A stretch of 64,000 nt of DNA. Source: Heptranchias perlo. Its lineage: Eukaryota. The position numbers and the translations under genes are program-made. This document shows, one piece after another, positions 1-12,909 of the stretch (its first letter is position 1; each line of letters begins with the position of its first letter). The notes under the pieces were generated by a model. The model was not told where the DNA came from. It searched no databases and saw nothing but the letters and a program-made list of their open reading frames with translations. The stretch spans positions 31,062,001 to 31,126,000 of the forward strand of contig NC_090346.1 in assembly GCF_035084215.1 (NCBI RefSeq). Reading direction: 5' to 3'.

Positions 1-355
1 TTTTGGAACATCCTGGTTTTTAAATTAGTACATTAATAAACTTATTTCAAGTCTCAACCCTGATTAAAAAGTTCATGCTGCAGCAATTTAAGCACTTTTA
101 ACAATTTTTTTAACCAGTAGGCATTTTTGAAAATCTTTAAATAATGCTCTAGTATGTTCAGAAATTATCTTAAATAACTTAGAATATAATTTTTTATAAC
201 TATCATTGCAAACAAAATCAAAGCTTTCTTACTAAAATCTATTAATGTCTCATACCAGTTCTCAATAGCAAACTGAGTTATGATTTTGATATATTCGCAA
301 AAAGCCATCACAACCATCAAATGACATAAATAGACATAGCAGATTAGAAGTTAAT

Positions 356-1109
356 GGGCCAGAATTTGCTGTAAGCAGGGCATCTAATGGCATCTGCCAT
401 TAGTTAGACTTGCCCTTGCACCTTTCAGCTCAAAAAATTTGTGCCTACAAAGTTGCTGAAAGTGCAAACTGATAACAGCGCAGTGAGGGGAGCAGGGCAT
501 CTGGGACCTGAGTGAACAGGGCAAGAAACAGGGTATCTCCTTAATCAATAAGATTTAAAGATTGGGAAATAAACACAGGAAGGACTGAGAAGGAGGGTGA
601 ATTAAAGGGGGTGAATGCAATGTCAAATCAGGTACAGAAAGAGAAATAAAGGGAAAGAAAGATTGGATTAAGAGAAAGAGAAAAGAGGGACAGAAAGGAA
701 AAGTAAGAAAAAAAATTTAAAATTTGAAATTTGATATTCCCTGAAAAATTCAAAAATCCATGTTTGTAAAATTAATTTTCAATGCCAGAAAGGTTGATTG
801 GCAGTAATTAACAATTATCATGTTGTTAAAAGGGTACTGACACTACTAATTACTAGCCCTAAATATCTGCAGCAGATTTAGTTTGTATCTATGGCGCAAA
901 TACAGCAACTTCATGACATTCAATGCATGGCAATGGTGAGGTAGACAGAGAAATGCCGTTTCCGCAAAGTTAACGGTGGAGCGACACAACTCAGACAGCA
1001 ACTTTCGGATATTGACATCTGTTCCCCACCTAAAGTTCCTGTAACATTTATGCATAGATAAAGCGAGCGCAATTAGCTTCATCGTTATTTTGACAGCAAA
1101 TTCTGGCCC
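356..1109. mobile_element. Non-autonomous PIF/Harbinger-type element (MITE), family A
   Basis: TIRs GGGCCAGAATTTGCTGT ... ACAGCAAATTCTGGCCC; 3-bp TSD AAT (353-355 and 1110-1112); internal similarity to 61647-62414. Confidence 0.85.
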
Positions 1110-3019
1110 AATACTCTTTGTACTTAAGAGGAGAAGAATCAAAATACCAGAACAGCTGTCAGTGAGTTACTGGTAATCAGGTCTGCTGTCTGTTGTCGCT
1201 CATGACAACAAAAATGCCAACGGGTCAGCGGTTACATCTTAGGTTAATTACACCAGTGCCTCTGCAGAAAGGCCAATGGGACACCATCCTAGTCTTCAAA
1301 AATGAAATACATGTACCAGCATATTGATCACCTGGAGAAGAAGAAAAAAATTACTGAATGTGATCTATATTTTAGTGAATGTTTTTAACACCCCGATTTT
1401 TACTCAAATTCCTGTAAGTATAGTTGCGGAATTTAAGAATTTTTTTTAAAAACCTATCAAAGTAGAATTTTAAAACATTATAAAAATATAGAAGGGAGTA
1501 TTCCATGGATTTAATTAACTCTTGCGTTACAAATTTTGGGTTTCCCTTAGATATTCTCTCATGTTAGCATCACCAGTCTCTCCTAGAAGTGAATCATGTA
1601 CATCATGATCAGGATTTTATTTTCACTACCCAAAAAATGATAACGTAACCTGGGTTGTGTAACAATGTGACCCCCTTGGTATATGAACTGGATTTGTGAT
1701 CTTTACACCTGCCTTCACATGTGCTTCTCTAATCTTCCAAAAGACAGACTGATTGGTACTTTAGTGAAACGAGGCCAGATACAAATTGCTAAGCTGCTTT
1801 ATTTTACAGTCAGTAAGTGAAATTACGGAGTAACAGTTATAACAAATCTCGCCTTCAACTTAATTTCAGTCTCTCCTTGCAATAAAGAAAATAATAAAAA
1901 TACAGCACGCTATCCTGGTTAGCTGTCTAGATACCATTTTATTTTGGTCAGCCTTATCACTGAATTAGACCAGATCTTTCCAGTGCTGGCCCCTTCATGG
2001 TGGAGAGCCTGGGGGTTTTATTGGAGCACAGAGCCCAAGTATTGACACAGTTCTGCTCATTAATATTGTGTCAATCATTATTGAGATCTTGGGCTCCAAC
2101 ATTAGAGGCTCTCACTAGAGGTTAGGGGATCAGCTTGCAAGGAACTTCATGGCAGGCTTTGTGTTTTTTAGTGTCAGACAATGGTCTGGGCCCACAAGGT
2201 CTGATCCCTTGTGATCCAAAGGGGTAACCAACAATGGGGAATAGCAGGAACAGCCATGGATAAGGACTTGCCCTCTCAGGCTAGCATCCATCTGCCCCTT
2301 CCGAGCTGACTACAGAAGAGGCAGGTAGGAAACAGGAGCAGCCAGCCAGTGCAGATGTTGAGGTGGCAGGTTCGACTTATGGCCCAGCAGAAACCAGGTA
2401 TTCACCACAGGTAAGTCACGAGGTTCTCACTGAGGCGTAGTAGTGCGTCACAAATTAAGAAGTAGATGACGCACACCCTACACACACCCAGGGAAAGCAT
2501 TGGAGCAGCAAATATTGATACAGGGACATACATGTGCAGTAATAAAGTGAAATGGTTGCACCTTCTTTGGAATTTTAATTATGTTACTGACCAGAAGGGA
2601 CCTATGAATGTTAATGTTGGGGGCAAACATGTAGGATGGTAGTGAAGGCATGAAGCATTTTTCCAGCATGTTGGAATGCAGAGGGGGTATTACTGAGAGG
2701 GCCACAGGACTCTTCATATAGGGACTTAAGGGCTGCTTTTGAGTTCTATCAATCACTCCTTGATGCACCAGTCAACCAGGCCATGCATCAGCCTCAGCAT
2801 CTTCCTCCTCCTCTTCTTCCTCTGCAGTCAAGGCTACTGGCTTGCCTCCCAGCTTTTCTGGCTACGTGAGTTCCTCTTAATGAATGGCAAAGTTGTGCAG
2901 CGCACAGCAGGCTTAGTTGATCAGAGCCACCGACAGCTGACCGGTTGTGATAATAACATGCTCAACTGAATAGGTGGCACGGATACCCACCCAATGCCAA
3001 CGAGGTCCTTTTTTACATG

Positions 3020-3387
3020 TCGCATCCAAATGACGTCATCAGGACCCGACTGCAATTTCAACTTGGCGGCCTGATTGGGAAGCCACACTGGATTTGCCGC
3101 CAGGCCAACATAGTGAGAAAAGGGATCAGAAGAGGCCCAAAAAAGTATGTTTTTTAAACTTCTCTTTATTTTTCTGTGAGGCCATGAGGATTGCAGAACC
3201 CCTGCGGGACAGCCTGGTAGCCAATGCTGACACCTGGTCTTGGTGGGCGACCGCTTCCTACCGGCAGGATTTAAATGAGGCCCAGGAGTTAAAATACCCT
3301 GGGCCTCAATTGTGGATCAGCGGGTGAGTTTCTAATTCACACCCCTGCCCATCCACCCAAAACTGGCCCGGAGTTAAAATCAGGACC
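3020..3387. mobile_element. End of a Harbinger-like non-autonomous element
   Basis: Ends in GAGTTAAAATCAGGACC (TIR-like); 3025-3085 is the reverse-complement homolog of about 6437-6497. Confidence 0.5.
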
Positions 3388-4180
3388 ATTATATTCTTAT
3401 TTTCTTACAGCAATAGCTCTACCAGTTAGTCTGAACAATGTTAATGGGGAAAATTTCAGCCTACTGTTCATCAGAGATATTTATCAGAAATACATATATT
3501 AGCATGCATAAACTGTCAATAATCATTCAAGATGGCAATGCAATGTTTTGTTTCTTTGTGGGGTTTCTATGCCAAATAAATAGATGTGCCAGAGAAATTC
3601 CAAGGGTTAAGAATTGCACAACAAATCTATGTAGGCACATGACAGTCATTGACTCTGTGTGAGTCACAGAAAAAATGGCCCTGGACTAATGTTTGCAATA
3701 GCTTCACATGGTGTAGAGTTTTAAATGGAGATAGTTGGTTGTGCAATGGTAAAAGAACATATATAAGCACTGCCTCTTAAATGATATTTAAGAATTTCTG
3801 GCTACATTTTTAAATATTAGTGTGTGTCACAATTTGCTGTATTCTGCTAAAAACTATTCCCACATTGCTACTATCGTTATTATCATCTCAGTTATGTCAT
3901 GCTAATCCTACTATGTTAACAATGATACAAGGAAACCGGGTGGCAGACTGGGAGTGAATCTAAGGCAGTAATTCACTCAACAGACGAACTGACATTCATA
4001 AACTGCTTGAACTTCACTCAGTTGTTTATGAGGGCATCAGAACAACTCAATCAAATTGTTGCCTTCAGCTCCCTGCCAGACATCCATTATTCTATGTATC
4101 TTGCTGAAAATAATACAAATTATTTTGGTCTGACTGAGTTGGTGTTATTATGGAACTACTTTGAGGCACTTTGCAGTTGA

Positions 4181-5884
4181 ATCGGTATTTACGGTTGAGA
4201 AAGGCATGGATGTTAGGGAACTTGGGGAAATAAATAGGGATGTCTTGAGGAGTGTACATATTATAGGGAGGGAGGTGCTGGAAGTCTTAACGCGCATCAA
4301 GGTAGATAAATCTCCGGGACCTGATGAAATGTATCCCAGGACGTTATGGAAGGTTAGGGAGGAAATTGCGGGTCCCCTAGCAGAGATATTTGAATCATCG
4401 ACAGCTACAGGTGAGGTGCCTGAAGATTGGAGGGTAGCAAATGTTGTGCCTTTGTTTAAGAAGGATGGCAGGGAAAAGCCTGGGAACTACAGACCGGTGA
4501 GCCTGACATCTGTAGTGGGTAAGTTGTTAGAGGGTATTCTGAGAGACAGGATCTACAGGCATTTGGAGAGGCAGGGACTGATTAGGAACAGTCAGCATGG
4601 TTTTGTGAGAGGAAAATCATGTCTCACAAATTTGATTGAGTTTTTTGAAGGGGTAACCAAGAAGATAGATGAGGGCTGTGCAGTAGACGTGGTCTACATG
4701 GACTTTAGCAAAGCATTTGACAAGGTACCGCATGGTAGGTAGTTACATAAGGTTAGATCTCACGGGATCCAAGGTGAGGTAGCCAATTGAATACAAAATT
4801 GGATTGACGGCAGAAGACAGAGGGTGGTTGTAGAGGGTTGTTTTTCAAACTGGAGGCCTGTGACCAGCGGTGTGCCTCAGGGATCGGTGCTGGGTCCACT
4901 GTTATTTGTTATTTATATTAATGATTTGGATGAGAATTTAGGAGGCATGGTTAGTAAATTTGCAGATGACACCAAGATTGGTGGCATTGTGGACAGTGAA
5001 GAAGGTTATCTAGGATTGCAACGGGATCTTGATAAATTGGGCCAGTGGGCCGATGAATGGCAGATGGAGTTTAATTTAGATAAATGTGAGGTGATGCATT
5101 TTGGTAGATCGAATCGGGCCAGGACCTACTCCGTTAATGGTAGGGCGTTGGGGTGAGTTATAGAACAAAGAGATCTAGGAGTACAGATTCATAGCTCCTT
5201 GAAAGTGGAGTCACAGGTGGATAGGGTGGTGAAGAAGGCATTCAGCATGCTTGGTTTCATTGGTCAGAACATTGAATACAGGAGTTGGGATGTCTTGTTG
5301 AAGTTGTACAAGACATTAGTAAGGCCACACTTGGAATACTGTGTACAGTTCTGGTCACCCTATTATAGAAAGGATATTATTAAACTAGAAAGAGCGCAGA
5401 AAAGATTTACTAGGATGCTACCGGGACTTGATGGTTTGACTTATAGGGAGAGGTTGGATAGACTGAGACTTTTTTCCCTGGAGAGTAGGAGGTTTAGGGG
5501 TGATCTTATAGAAGTCTATAAAATAATGAGGGGCATAGATAAGGTAGATAGTCAAAATCTTTTCCCAAAGGTAGGGGAGTCTATAACGAGGGGGCATAGA
5601 TTTAAGGTGAGAGGGGAGAGATACAAAAGGGTCCAGAGGGGCAATTTTTTCACTCAAAGGGTGGTGAGTGTCTGGAACGAGCTGCCAGAGGCAGTAGTAG
5701 AGGCGGGTACAATTTTGTCTTTTAAAAAGCATTTGGACAGTTACATGGGTAAGATGGGTATTGAGGGATATGGGCCAAGTGCAGGCAATTGGGACTAGCT
5801 TAGTGGTATAAACTGGGCTACATGGACATGTTGAGCCGAAGGGCCTGTTTCTATGTTGTAAACTTCTATGATTCTATTCTATGA
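4181..5884 (+). mobile_element. Young 5'-truncated CR1 LINE (ORF2 RT region and 3' tail) in the GPR139 intron
   Basis: KSPGPD, NYRPVSLTS, QHGF, DFSKAFDKV, PQGSVLGP and KFADD motifs; in-frame stops at 4740, 4788 and 5154; (ATTCTATG)-type tail. Confidence 0.95.
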
Positions 5885-6065
5885 ATACTTCTGGCAATTT
5901 ACTTGTGGAGTTTACAGCCCGAGTGGATAATGTGTATATTGAGCTTAATCCAGTGTTTTGTTTAATACTCTGAACAGCCAGACCAGAAGGACAAAAGGCT
6001 TTATGTGCACTAGAACACTGTGGCTAGGATTTTCCGCTGTTGCAGAATCTCGAAGGCTCTTCCAT

Positions 6066-6685
6066 GGGGCTGGACTTCCACCCACTGCAAGGACGGGTCC
6101 CTGATGGCAATCTATTTTCTGGTTTCAGGGTCATTTGGATTTTTCAGGCCGGTTCCCCGGCCTACACCGGGGTCTCTGCCTTGAAGGGTGGCTGTGGCAG
6201 GCCTTGGAGCCAGTGGCAAACCACAGGAGTCAGTTTGTTTCTGACCCACCTGATGGCAGAATGATGCCACGTTCATTTTAACCGTCGAACCTCATTACCT
6301 CATTACTGGATTACCATGCTGCTGGTCCACTCCTGCTCCTCCTGGCCCCACACAAGATAGTAAAAAACTTACCTTGCAGGGCCTCTTCGCATCCCAATCC
6401 TCTTCCCACCTGCTTCAGTCTGGCAGGGAAGCCAGCAGCTTTCCCACTCAGGCCTGAGTTAAAATCGCAGTTGGAGTCCAATGACATCATCGGATCCCAA
6501 TCTGCATTTTTAAAGAAGAACCCACCCCCTCGGCTTCAGGTGGGTGCCTTTGACACCTGCTGAGAAGGGCAGATTAAAATGAAATATCGTTGGGATCCAG
6601 GTGGGAAATGGACGGGTAAGTCACCCAGGGCATTTAAGCTGCCCACTTGCCAGGTTTCCACAGGGCAGTTAGGGTGAAAATCCCC
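6066..6685. mobile_element. Harbinger-like MITE (degenerate)
   Basis: GGGGCTGGACTTCCACCC ... GGGTGAAAATCCCC ends; internal homology to 3025-3085. Confidence 0.5.
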
Positions 6686-8062
6686 CTCCCCCCAAAGTTT
6701 TGTGTCAATGTGAAATTGTTATGTATTGTCACCATGACAACAGTTTGGACTATTTTAAGCCTGTTGCTACAAAAATGTTATCTGCTCTGCCCACCCCTAT
6801 TCTCCAATGTAAGTACTCATCATTTTTAAGAGGCACTTACATTGAAAGGTCATTTGGTTTGTGACCCAAAGGAAATGATTTGATGCACATTTCTGCCATT
6901 ATAATCGTCAGTGATAAATAATATATAGTTTTCCTGGCCAAACAGCTTGAGTTTTGATCAAGTCCTGAAAGGTCAGTCCATCAGACCAAACAACTTCAAA
7001 AAGTGGCCAAAAGCTAATCAATAATTCCATGTTGCAGTTAATGCTTCTCAGTTTTCATAAGTACTGCTCTGCTGACATTCTTAGGATTTTGACAAGCTTC
7101 TTAGTGTCTTGTCAACGTACCTGAAAGAAAGACTGGCTGACAGAAAGATTTTTGTGGCTTCTGCTTGAAGTTCCTATCAATGCTCAAGACGCTCATCACC
7201 ATGAAATATCCCTTCCAAAGTAGGTTTAGACACAAGGCCTCAAATTGCTTGGCATTTCTGAAACATTCCCACTGCAACCCTGGCAGAAGTGTGGCGGAAA
7301 GGCATGGGTCTCGGCCGACACTGGGAGTTCCTGCTCGGCCTTGTAAGGGTGGGAGCTTTCTCAGGTCGGTTCGGACTGTCAGACACCCGAAGGAAGGTTG
7401 GAGGCTGTTACTCTTAGTGATGTGAGGTGTACCCACCACCAGAAGGACGCAAGTGGGACCCACTGGAAGGGTCCAAGCCAGGGAAGTAGCTAGACCCACA
7501 AAGTTTAGCAGAATTTTTAAAAAATTATTATTGACACCCTTACCAATTGTTTCTTGGGGGGTGGGGGGCGAGTGAGACCAGGAATTCCCCCACAGAATAG
7601 CAGCAGCATTGGGCTGGCGAGCACCCAAGGTGTGCCTGTAGTGGTGCAGGTATCCACAGGGGCCATTCCAGTGAGGTGCCCTCCTACTGACCTGGTGGGG
7701 TCAACACTGCAGGGCACTTGTAGTTACGATCCTGGCATCACTGCCAGGATTGCAGCTATGCAATTTCAGGGCACTTTTTTAAAAATAAAAGGACACCAAA
7801 AGGACCAAGATTGTTGCCTGCTTTATTTATCTCAAGGAAAAGATCAAAAAGTACGTTATTTTCTGATGTAGCAACACATAATTAAAAATTATGTGAAGGA
7901 GTGACTTGAGAGAAAATAGAAAATGCATTGCCTGAAATCAATTGAGAGATATCTTAGCTTTTCTTTAGGTAAATAAAGCAACTGCAATCAACCCAAAAGT
8001 TTAAAATGACGAATTGCCTTGTAATACATGAATGTCTGAATAAACTTTTCTTTCTTTCGCAG

Positions 8063-8997
8063 CCAACATACTCACGGTAATCATCCTTTCTCGGTTGGTG
8101 GCTCGGAGACAAAAGTCCTCCTACAATTATCTCCTGGCACTAGCTGCTGCAGATATACTGGTCCTTTTCTTCATTGTATTTCTTGATTTTCTGCTTGAAG
8201 ACTTCATTCTAGGCCGACAGCTGCCTCAAGTACTGGACAAAATAATTGGAGTCCTAGAATTCTCTTCCAATCACACATCTATTTGGATAACTGTTCCTTT
8301 AACCATTGACAGATACATTGCTGTATGTCACCCACTTAAGTACCATACAGTGTCCTATCCCGCACGTACTCGGAAAGTCATAATGAGTGTGTATGTCACT
8401 TGTTTCTTGACCAGCTTACCATACTACTGGTGGCCCAACATCTGGAGTGAAAACTATACAAGTACTTCCATGCATCAAATCCTGATCTGGGTCCACTGCT
8501 TTACTGTATATTTGGTTCCATGTTCAATTTTCTTCGTTCTGAATTCAATTATTATTCACAAACTTAAAAGGAAAAGTAACTTTCGCATGAGGGGATACTC
8601 CACAGGGAAGACAACAGCTATTTTGCTCACTATTACGACCATATTTGCAATACTCTGGGCACCAAGAATGGTGATGATTCTCTACCACCTCTACGTATCA
8701 CCTATAAATAATGGTTGGTTAGTGCACATAGTGTCAGACATAGCCAACATGCTTGCTTTGCTGAACACAGCCATCAATTTCTTCCTTTATTGTTTTATCA
8801 GTAAACGTTTCCGCACAATGGCAGCTGGGACACTGAAGGCCTTCTTTAAATGTCAGAAACAGCCGGTGCAATTTTATACAAACCACAACTTCTCAATCAC
8901 CAGCAGTCCATGGATCTCCCCTGCCAACTCCCATTGCATCAAGATGCTTGTGTACCAATATGATAAGGACGGAAAACCTCTGAAGATATCACCATGA
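8063..8997 (+). CDS. GPR139: G protein-coupled receptor 139, terminal coding exon (end of TM1 to C-terminus); exon 1 lies upstream, outside the window
   Basis: Polypyrimidine tract and AG acceptor (ttttctttctttcgcag, AG at 8061-8062), phase-1 junction giving (A)[36 protein letters not shown] motif, WAPR in TM6, NFFLY in TM7, C-terminus [44 protein letters not shown] at 8995-8997. Matches the human GPR139 sequence as I recall it almost residue for residue. Confidence 0.97.
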
Positions 8998-11715
8998 GCT
9001 AGAAACTTATTGCCTAAGTGGAAAACATTTTTGATGGCTGAATTGTTATTTGAAGATCACAATGCCTGATCATTTATTGTTCAAATAGTTGCATATTTTA
9101 GTGTCAACTTCTGTCTCTTCCACCATTTTAATACAACTTTGCTCACCTTTGAGGTGTTAGCAACTTTTGAACATATATGGCATTAATAGCATCTTCTCCA
9201 AGAACAAATTAACAATGACATGCAAGTTACTGTAAGATCTTTGCATGAATAATGGAGCAAAAAAATAATGTGTGGAAGAGGTAGCAAAAACTGGTGCAAA
9301 AGGATAACAGACTGCAAAAAAAAAACTTAGTGCTTAATTTACAATCACTTATACCAAAAGATTGTATGCTATGTATTATCTAAACAGTAATATTCCTTAA
9401 GAGTGCTTAAGGTTTTTTTGGTACAAATTCAATTGAGTGGAAGTAGAGTACTGATTCCCTTGGATTTTTAGTATCCAATTCAGTAGGGTCCTACAGTGCA
9501 AATATAGGAGGGTGTTTTCTGCAACGATGTTATAAACGTATTTAATTTATCATGTTTTGTGAGTCATTTAGGAATGTCCTCAGATGAAATATTTGAGTAA
9601 ATGTGATTTCTATGTTGCCTGGTCTGTTTTCATTGGAATTCTTAAGCACATTATTTTCCGCAAATTAAGAGGAATTTGCTGTAACAATTAATAGTTGTAA
9701 AAAGGATAGTCATAGATAGTGCCATTTATGGTTTTTATTCTGAAAGGTAAAGCTACTTAGTAACAGTCCACAGCTACTCATAGAGCAGCACACAACAATT
9801 TATCATATCTATTGTTTTACAAAGAGGAAAAAATATTCAATTCAATTGCAGAGAATTTATTTAATAATTGTATGGACTTTATACACAGAAGCAAAGAGAT
9901 TGTTACTGATTGGTTATCCTGAATATGTGAGTTTATTCAACTTTTAGAAACAATCAATGGGAAACAGTTGCTGAAATACAGATTTTGTAATTCTGTGTTA
10001 TTAACAAAATTGTGAAGATTAATATTACTGCACGTTTTATAATTAGACAAGAGAAGAACTCTTGAAAAGTTGAAATTGTGCAGAATGAGTATGGGTTTTA
10101 GTACTGCAGATAACTACAAGTCCACATTGTATTCCTTGGTCAAAACATCCAACTGACAGAAATAGAACTTTAAACACTTGTTTGTAACAAAGTAAATAAT
10201 GGTTGTATTGTGAATGCACTGTGATCGTTGAACACTATTATTCTTGCTTACAATACTTTGCACAGTAAATTTAAAAGAATGCTAGCTGACAGGTTTTATA
10301 CGCTCACTAAATGTTTAATTTTTGCCTATAGGCTAATATTAGTAGCTTTAATGCTTTTTCTGCCTTAATTATAAACATTATCTGGGAGTGGGCTTCTCAT
10401 AAGCTGCTTCTTACTGTTAAAAAAACAACCAAAGCCTACACTTTCCATGGAATATACTGGACCAGATTTAGTTGCTTTTGTTTCATTAATGCTTTTCCTA
10501 TATTTAAATCAATTTCAAAATAAAATGTGCTTTACTTGTGTTTTGATTTCTATTATTATGTTATCCTAGGTGATGTCTAAAGTTGTTCAAAATTGATTGT
10601 ATGAATTGACTCTCTGAACCATCTCCTGTGTCTGTCCATGTACAGAAAGATATTCTTTTGTTGCTTTTGAAATGAACCTAGGTATTTATTGGGAATGATT
10701 TCAAAATGCATATTTCAATTTTTAAGAAGGACCTGGTCTTTGGTTATCTCTTCATTGCAAATCACTATGTTTAAGCACATAGTGAGTTCTTTTCTAAATG
10801 ACTGAAATAGTCCTTTGAAATTCTATACATTTAAATAGTAAAAACAATGCTGTAATATGCCTGAATCTAATTTTTTACATATTTCATATTATGGAAACGT
10901 TGAACAGAAAGTAAAATCGCTCGTATTATACTACATAATATCACAATATTGGCACCAGTGAACAAGAGAGATGGTATGCTTTCCAATAGATGTCAAAACA
11001 GTATATCAAAAATCATCATAGATGATTGTGAAAAATAGATATCAAGGAAAATACAGCATAAAAGTATTTATTGTGAAAATTTTCATTACTAATTGGCGAT
11101 GGAAAGGATATAGCAATATCCTTGAGGTCCCAATAGCTGGGGCTTTATTATTAGGCTACAAACACCATAGATAACAAAAAAATCCAGCTATCAGCATATT
11201 ATACTTGGATCCTCCAATTGCCAGCTACTGTCTGCCATTGTAAACTGGTAAATAAACATCGCTATAGAGTTGGAAGGGAAAGAGCCATAACAAAAATCAA
11301 TGTGTCAAGAAAAAGTATCCAGAAATATTATGTTACATTATGCACCATCTTCCTTCACATATATTACCTAATATTGCTGCTCCTACATACTTCAAATAGG
11401 CATTTTATAGAAATTAGTCTTTTAATTAAATTACTAAGTTACTGTATCACATGGTGTTATGACGAAAAAATGAGCAACAAAAAATGTATTGAATGAAAAT
11501 TCGTTGGTAAACTATTTAAGATATGGGACTTGTGCATTAAAATAAAATGAGTAAACATTTAATATTGAATTGATTTAAATTATGAATACAATATATTTGA
11601 CAGTTGTATATGTGTAAATGTTTTTGTTAAATACATATTTTAATGCTTCTGTATTTTACAGTGTAGAATATATACGTATTGTTTTTTTAAAAATAAAGTG
11701 TTGGAAAGAAAAAGA
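8998..11715 (+). other. GPR139: Putative GPR139 3'UTR (AT-rich, no recognisable TE)
   Basis: No recognisable repeat from the stop codon to about 11717. AATAAA at 10519, 11541 and 11692; the last follows a U/UA-rich block, and TE sequence starts right after it. Confidence 0.55.
11692..11697 (+). terminator. Candidate distal polyadenylation signal
   Basis: AATAAA preceded by TGTA and T-rich elements, at the end of the repeat-free region. Confidence 0.5.
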
Positions 11716-11717
11716 AT

Positions 11718-11853
11718 GAACTTGTATTTATAATGCACCTTTCACGACCTCAGTTCATGGCCAATTTTGAAGTGTAGTCACTGTTGTAATGTAGGCAAAT
11801 AGGGCATCCAATTTTCACACAGCAACAGCAATGAGATTAATGACCAGATTATC
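11718..11853 (-). mobile_element. DeuSINE (SacSINE1/AmnSINE1-like) 3' fragment, interrupted by a LINE 3' end
   Basis: aacttgtatttata...ttttgaagtgtagtcactgttgtaatgtagg...atgaccagat; SINE sequence resumes at about 12381 (ttttagtgatgttg). Confidence 0.75.
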
Positions 11854-12230
11854 TTTTTTTTTATTCGTTCATGGGATGTGGGCGTCGCTGGAGAGGCCAG
11901 CATTTATTGCCCATCCCTAATTGCCCTTGAGAAGGTGGTGGTGAGCCACCTTCTTGAACCGCTGCAGATCGTGTGGTGAAGGTTCTCCCACAGTGCTGCT
12001 AGGAAGGGAGTTCCAGGATTTTGACCCAGCGACGATGAAGGAATGACGATATATTTCCAAGTCGGGATGGTGTGTGACTTGGAGGGGAACATGCAGGTGG
12101 TGTTGTTCCCATGTGCCTGCTGCCCTTGTCCCTCTAGGAGGTAGAGGTCGCAGGTTTGGGAGATGCTGTCGAAGAAGCCTTGGCGAGTTGCTGCAGTGCA
12201 TCCTGTGGATGGTACACACTGCAGCCACGG
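11854..12230 (-). mobile_element. 3' end of a poly(A)-tailed CR1/L2-group LINE (family B)
   Basis: ORF C-terminus ...SFIVAGSKSWNSLP...FKKVAHHHLLKGN*; ends CCCATGAACGAATAAAAA; further copies at 12729, 28194 and 36279. Confidence 0.8.
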
Positions 12231-12239
12231 ACTGGCTGT

Positions 12240-12370
12240 TTTGTGGAAAGGTCTATGTTCGAGATATCGACTAATTTGTGTTCTCGACAGAAGCTGCCTG
12301 ACCTGCGGAGTGTCTCCAGCATTTTATGCTTTTGTTTCCGATTTCCAGCACTGGCAGTATTTTGCTTTAT
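12240..12370 (+). mobile_element. Decayed Penelope-like terminal fragment
   Basis: cagaagctgcctgacctgcggagtgtctccagcatttt...gatttccagcactggcagtattttgc; related pieces at about 21700-21790 and 31620-31860. Confidence 0.55.
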
Positions 12371-12485
12371 GTTTATACTGCTTTTAGTGATGTTGTTTGA
12401 AGGATGATTGGTGTGGGAAATAGAAAAAAAGTTACGCAAGAATTTGACTACAGTTTCCAATAAATAGTGAAATAAAAAGAGAAAG

Positions 12486-12728
12486 AACTTGCACATATAT
12501 AGTACCTTTCACACCCTCAGCATGTTCCAAAGTGTTTCACAGCCAGTTTGAAGTGCAGTCACTGTTGTAATTTGGGGAAAACGGCAGCCAATTTGCAAAC
12601 AGTGAAGTCCCATAACAGCAATGAGATAAATGTCCAGATAAGCTGTTTTAATTGTGTTGGTTGAGGGGTAAATGTTGACCAGGCCACCATGAGAACTTCT
12701 CTGCTCTTCTTCAAATAGAACCATGGAT
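12486..12728 (-). mobile_element. DeuSINE (SacSINE1/AmnSINE1-like)
   Basis: Deu-domain-like ggttgaggggtaaatgttgaccagg...ctgctcttcttcaaatag..ccatggatctttt. Confidence 0.75.
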
Positions 12729-12909
12729 CTTTTTTTTTACTCATTCATGGGACGTGGGCGTCGCTGGCGAGGCCGGCATTTATTGCCCATCCCTAATTGC
12801 CATTGAGAAGGTGGTGGTGAGTCACCTTCTTGAACCACTGCAGTCCGTCTGGTGAAGGTTTTCCCACAATGCTGTTAGGAAGGGAGTTCCAGGATTTTGA
12901 CCCAGCGAC
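12729..12909 (-). mobile_element. LINE family B 3' end inserted in a DeuSINE T-run
   Basis: Near-identical to 11854-12035. Confidence 0.8.

Noticed and set aside
2443-2474. GTGCGTCA...TGACGCAC inverted repeat
   Set aside because: An 8-bp stem is expected by chance in 64 kb.
7101-7871. Cluster of 66-175 aa ORFs in the intron
   Set aside because: No recognisable domain; GC-rich, probably a decayed DNA-transposon fragment.
8095-8097. TTG start of the 300-aa ORF
   Set aside because: Not a real start: homology extends upstream to the splice acceptor at 8062, so the N-terminus is in an exon outside the window.
8063-8997. Assignment as GPR142
   Set aside because: [17 protein letters not shown] and the long C-terminal tail match GPR139.
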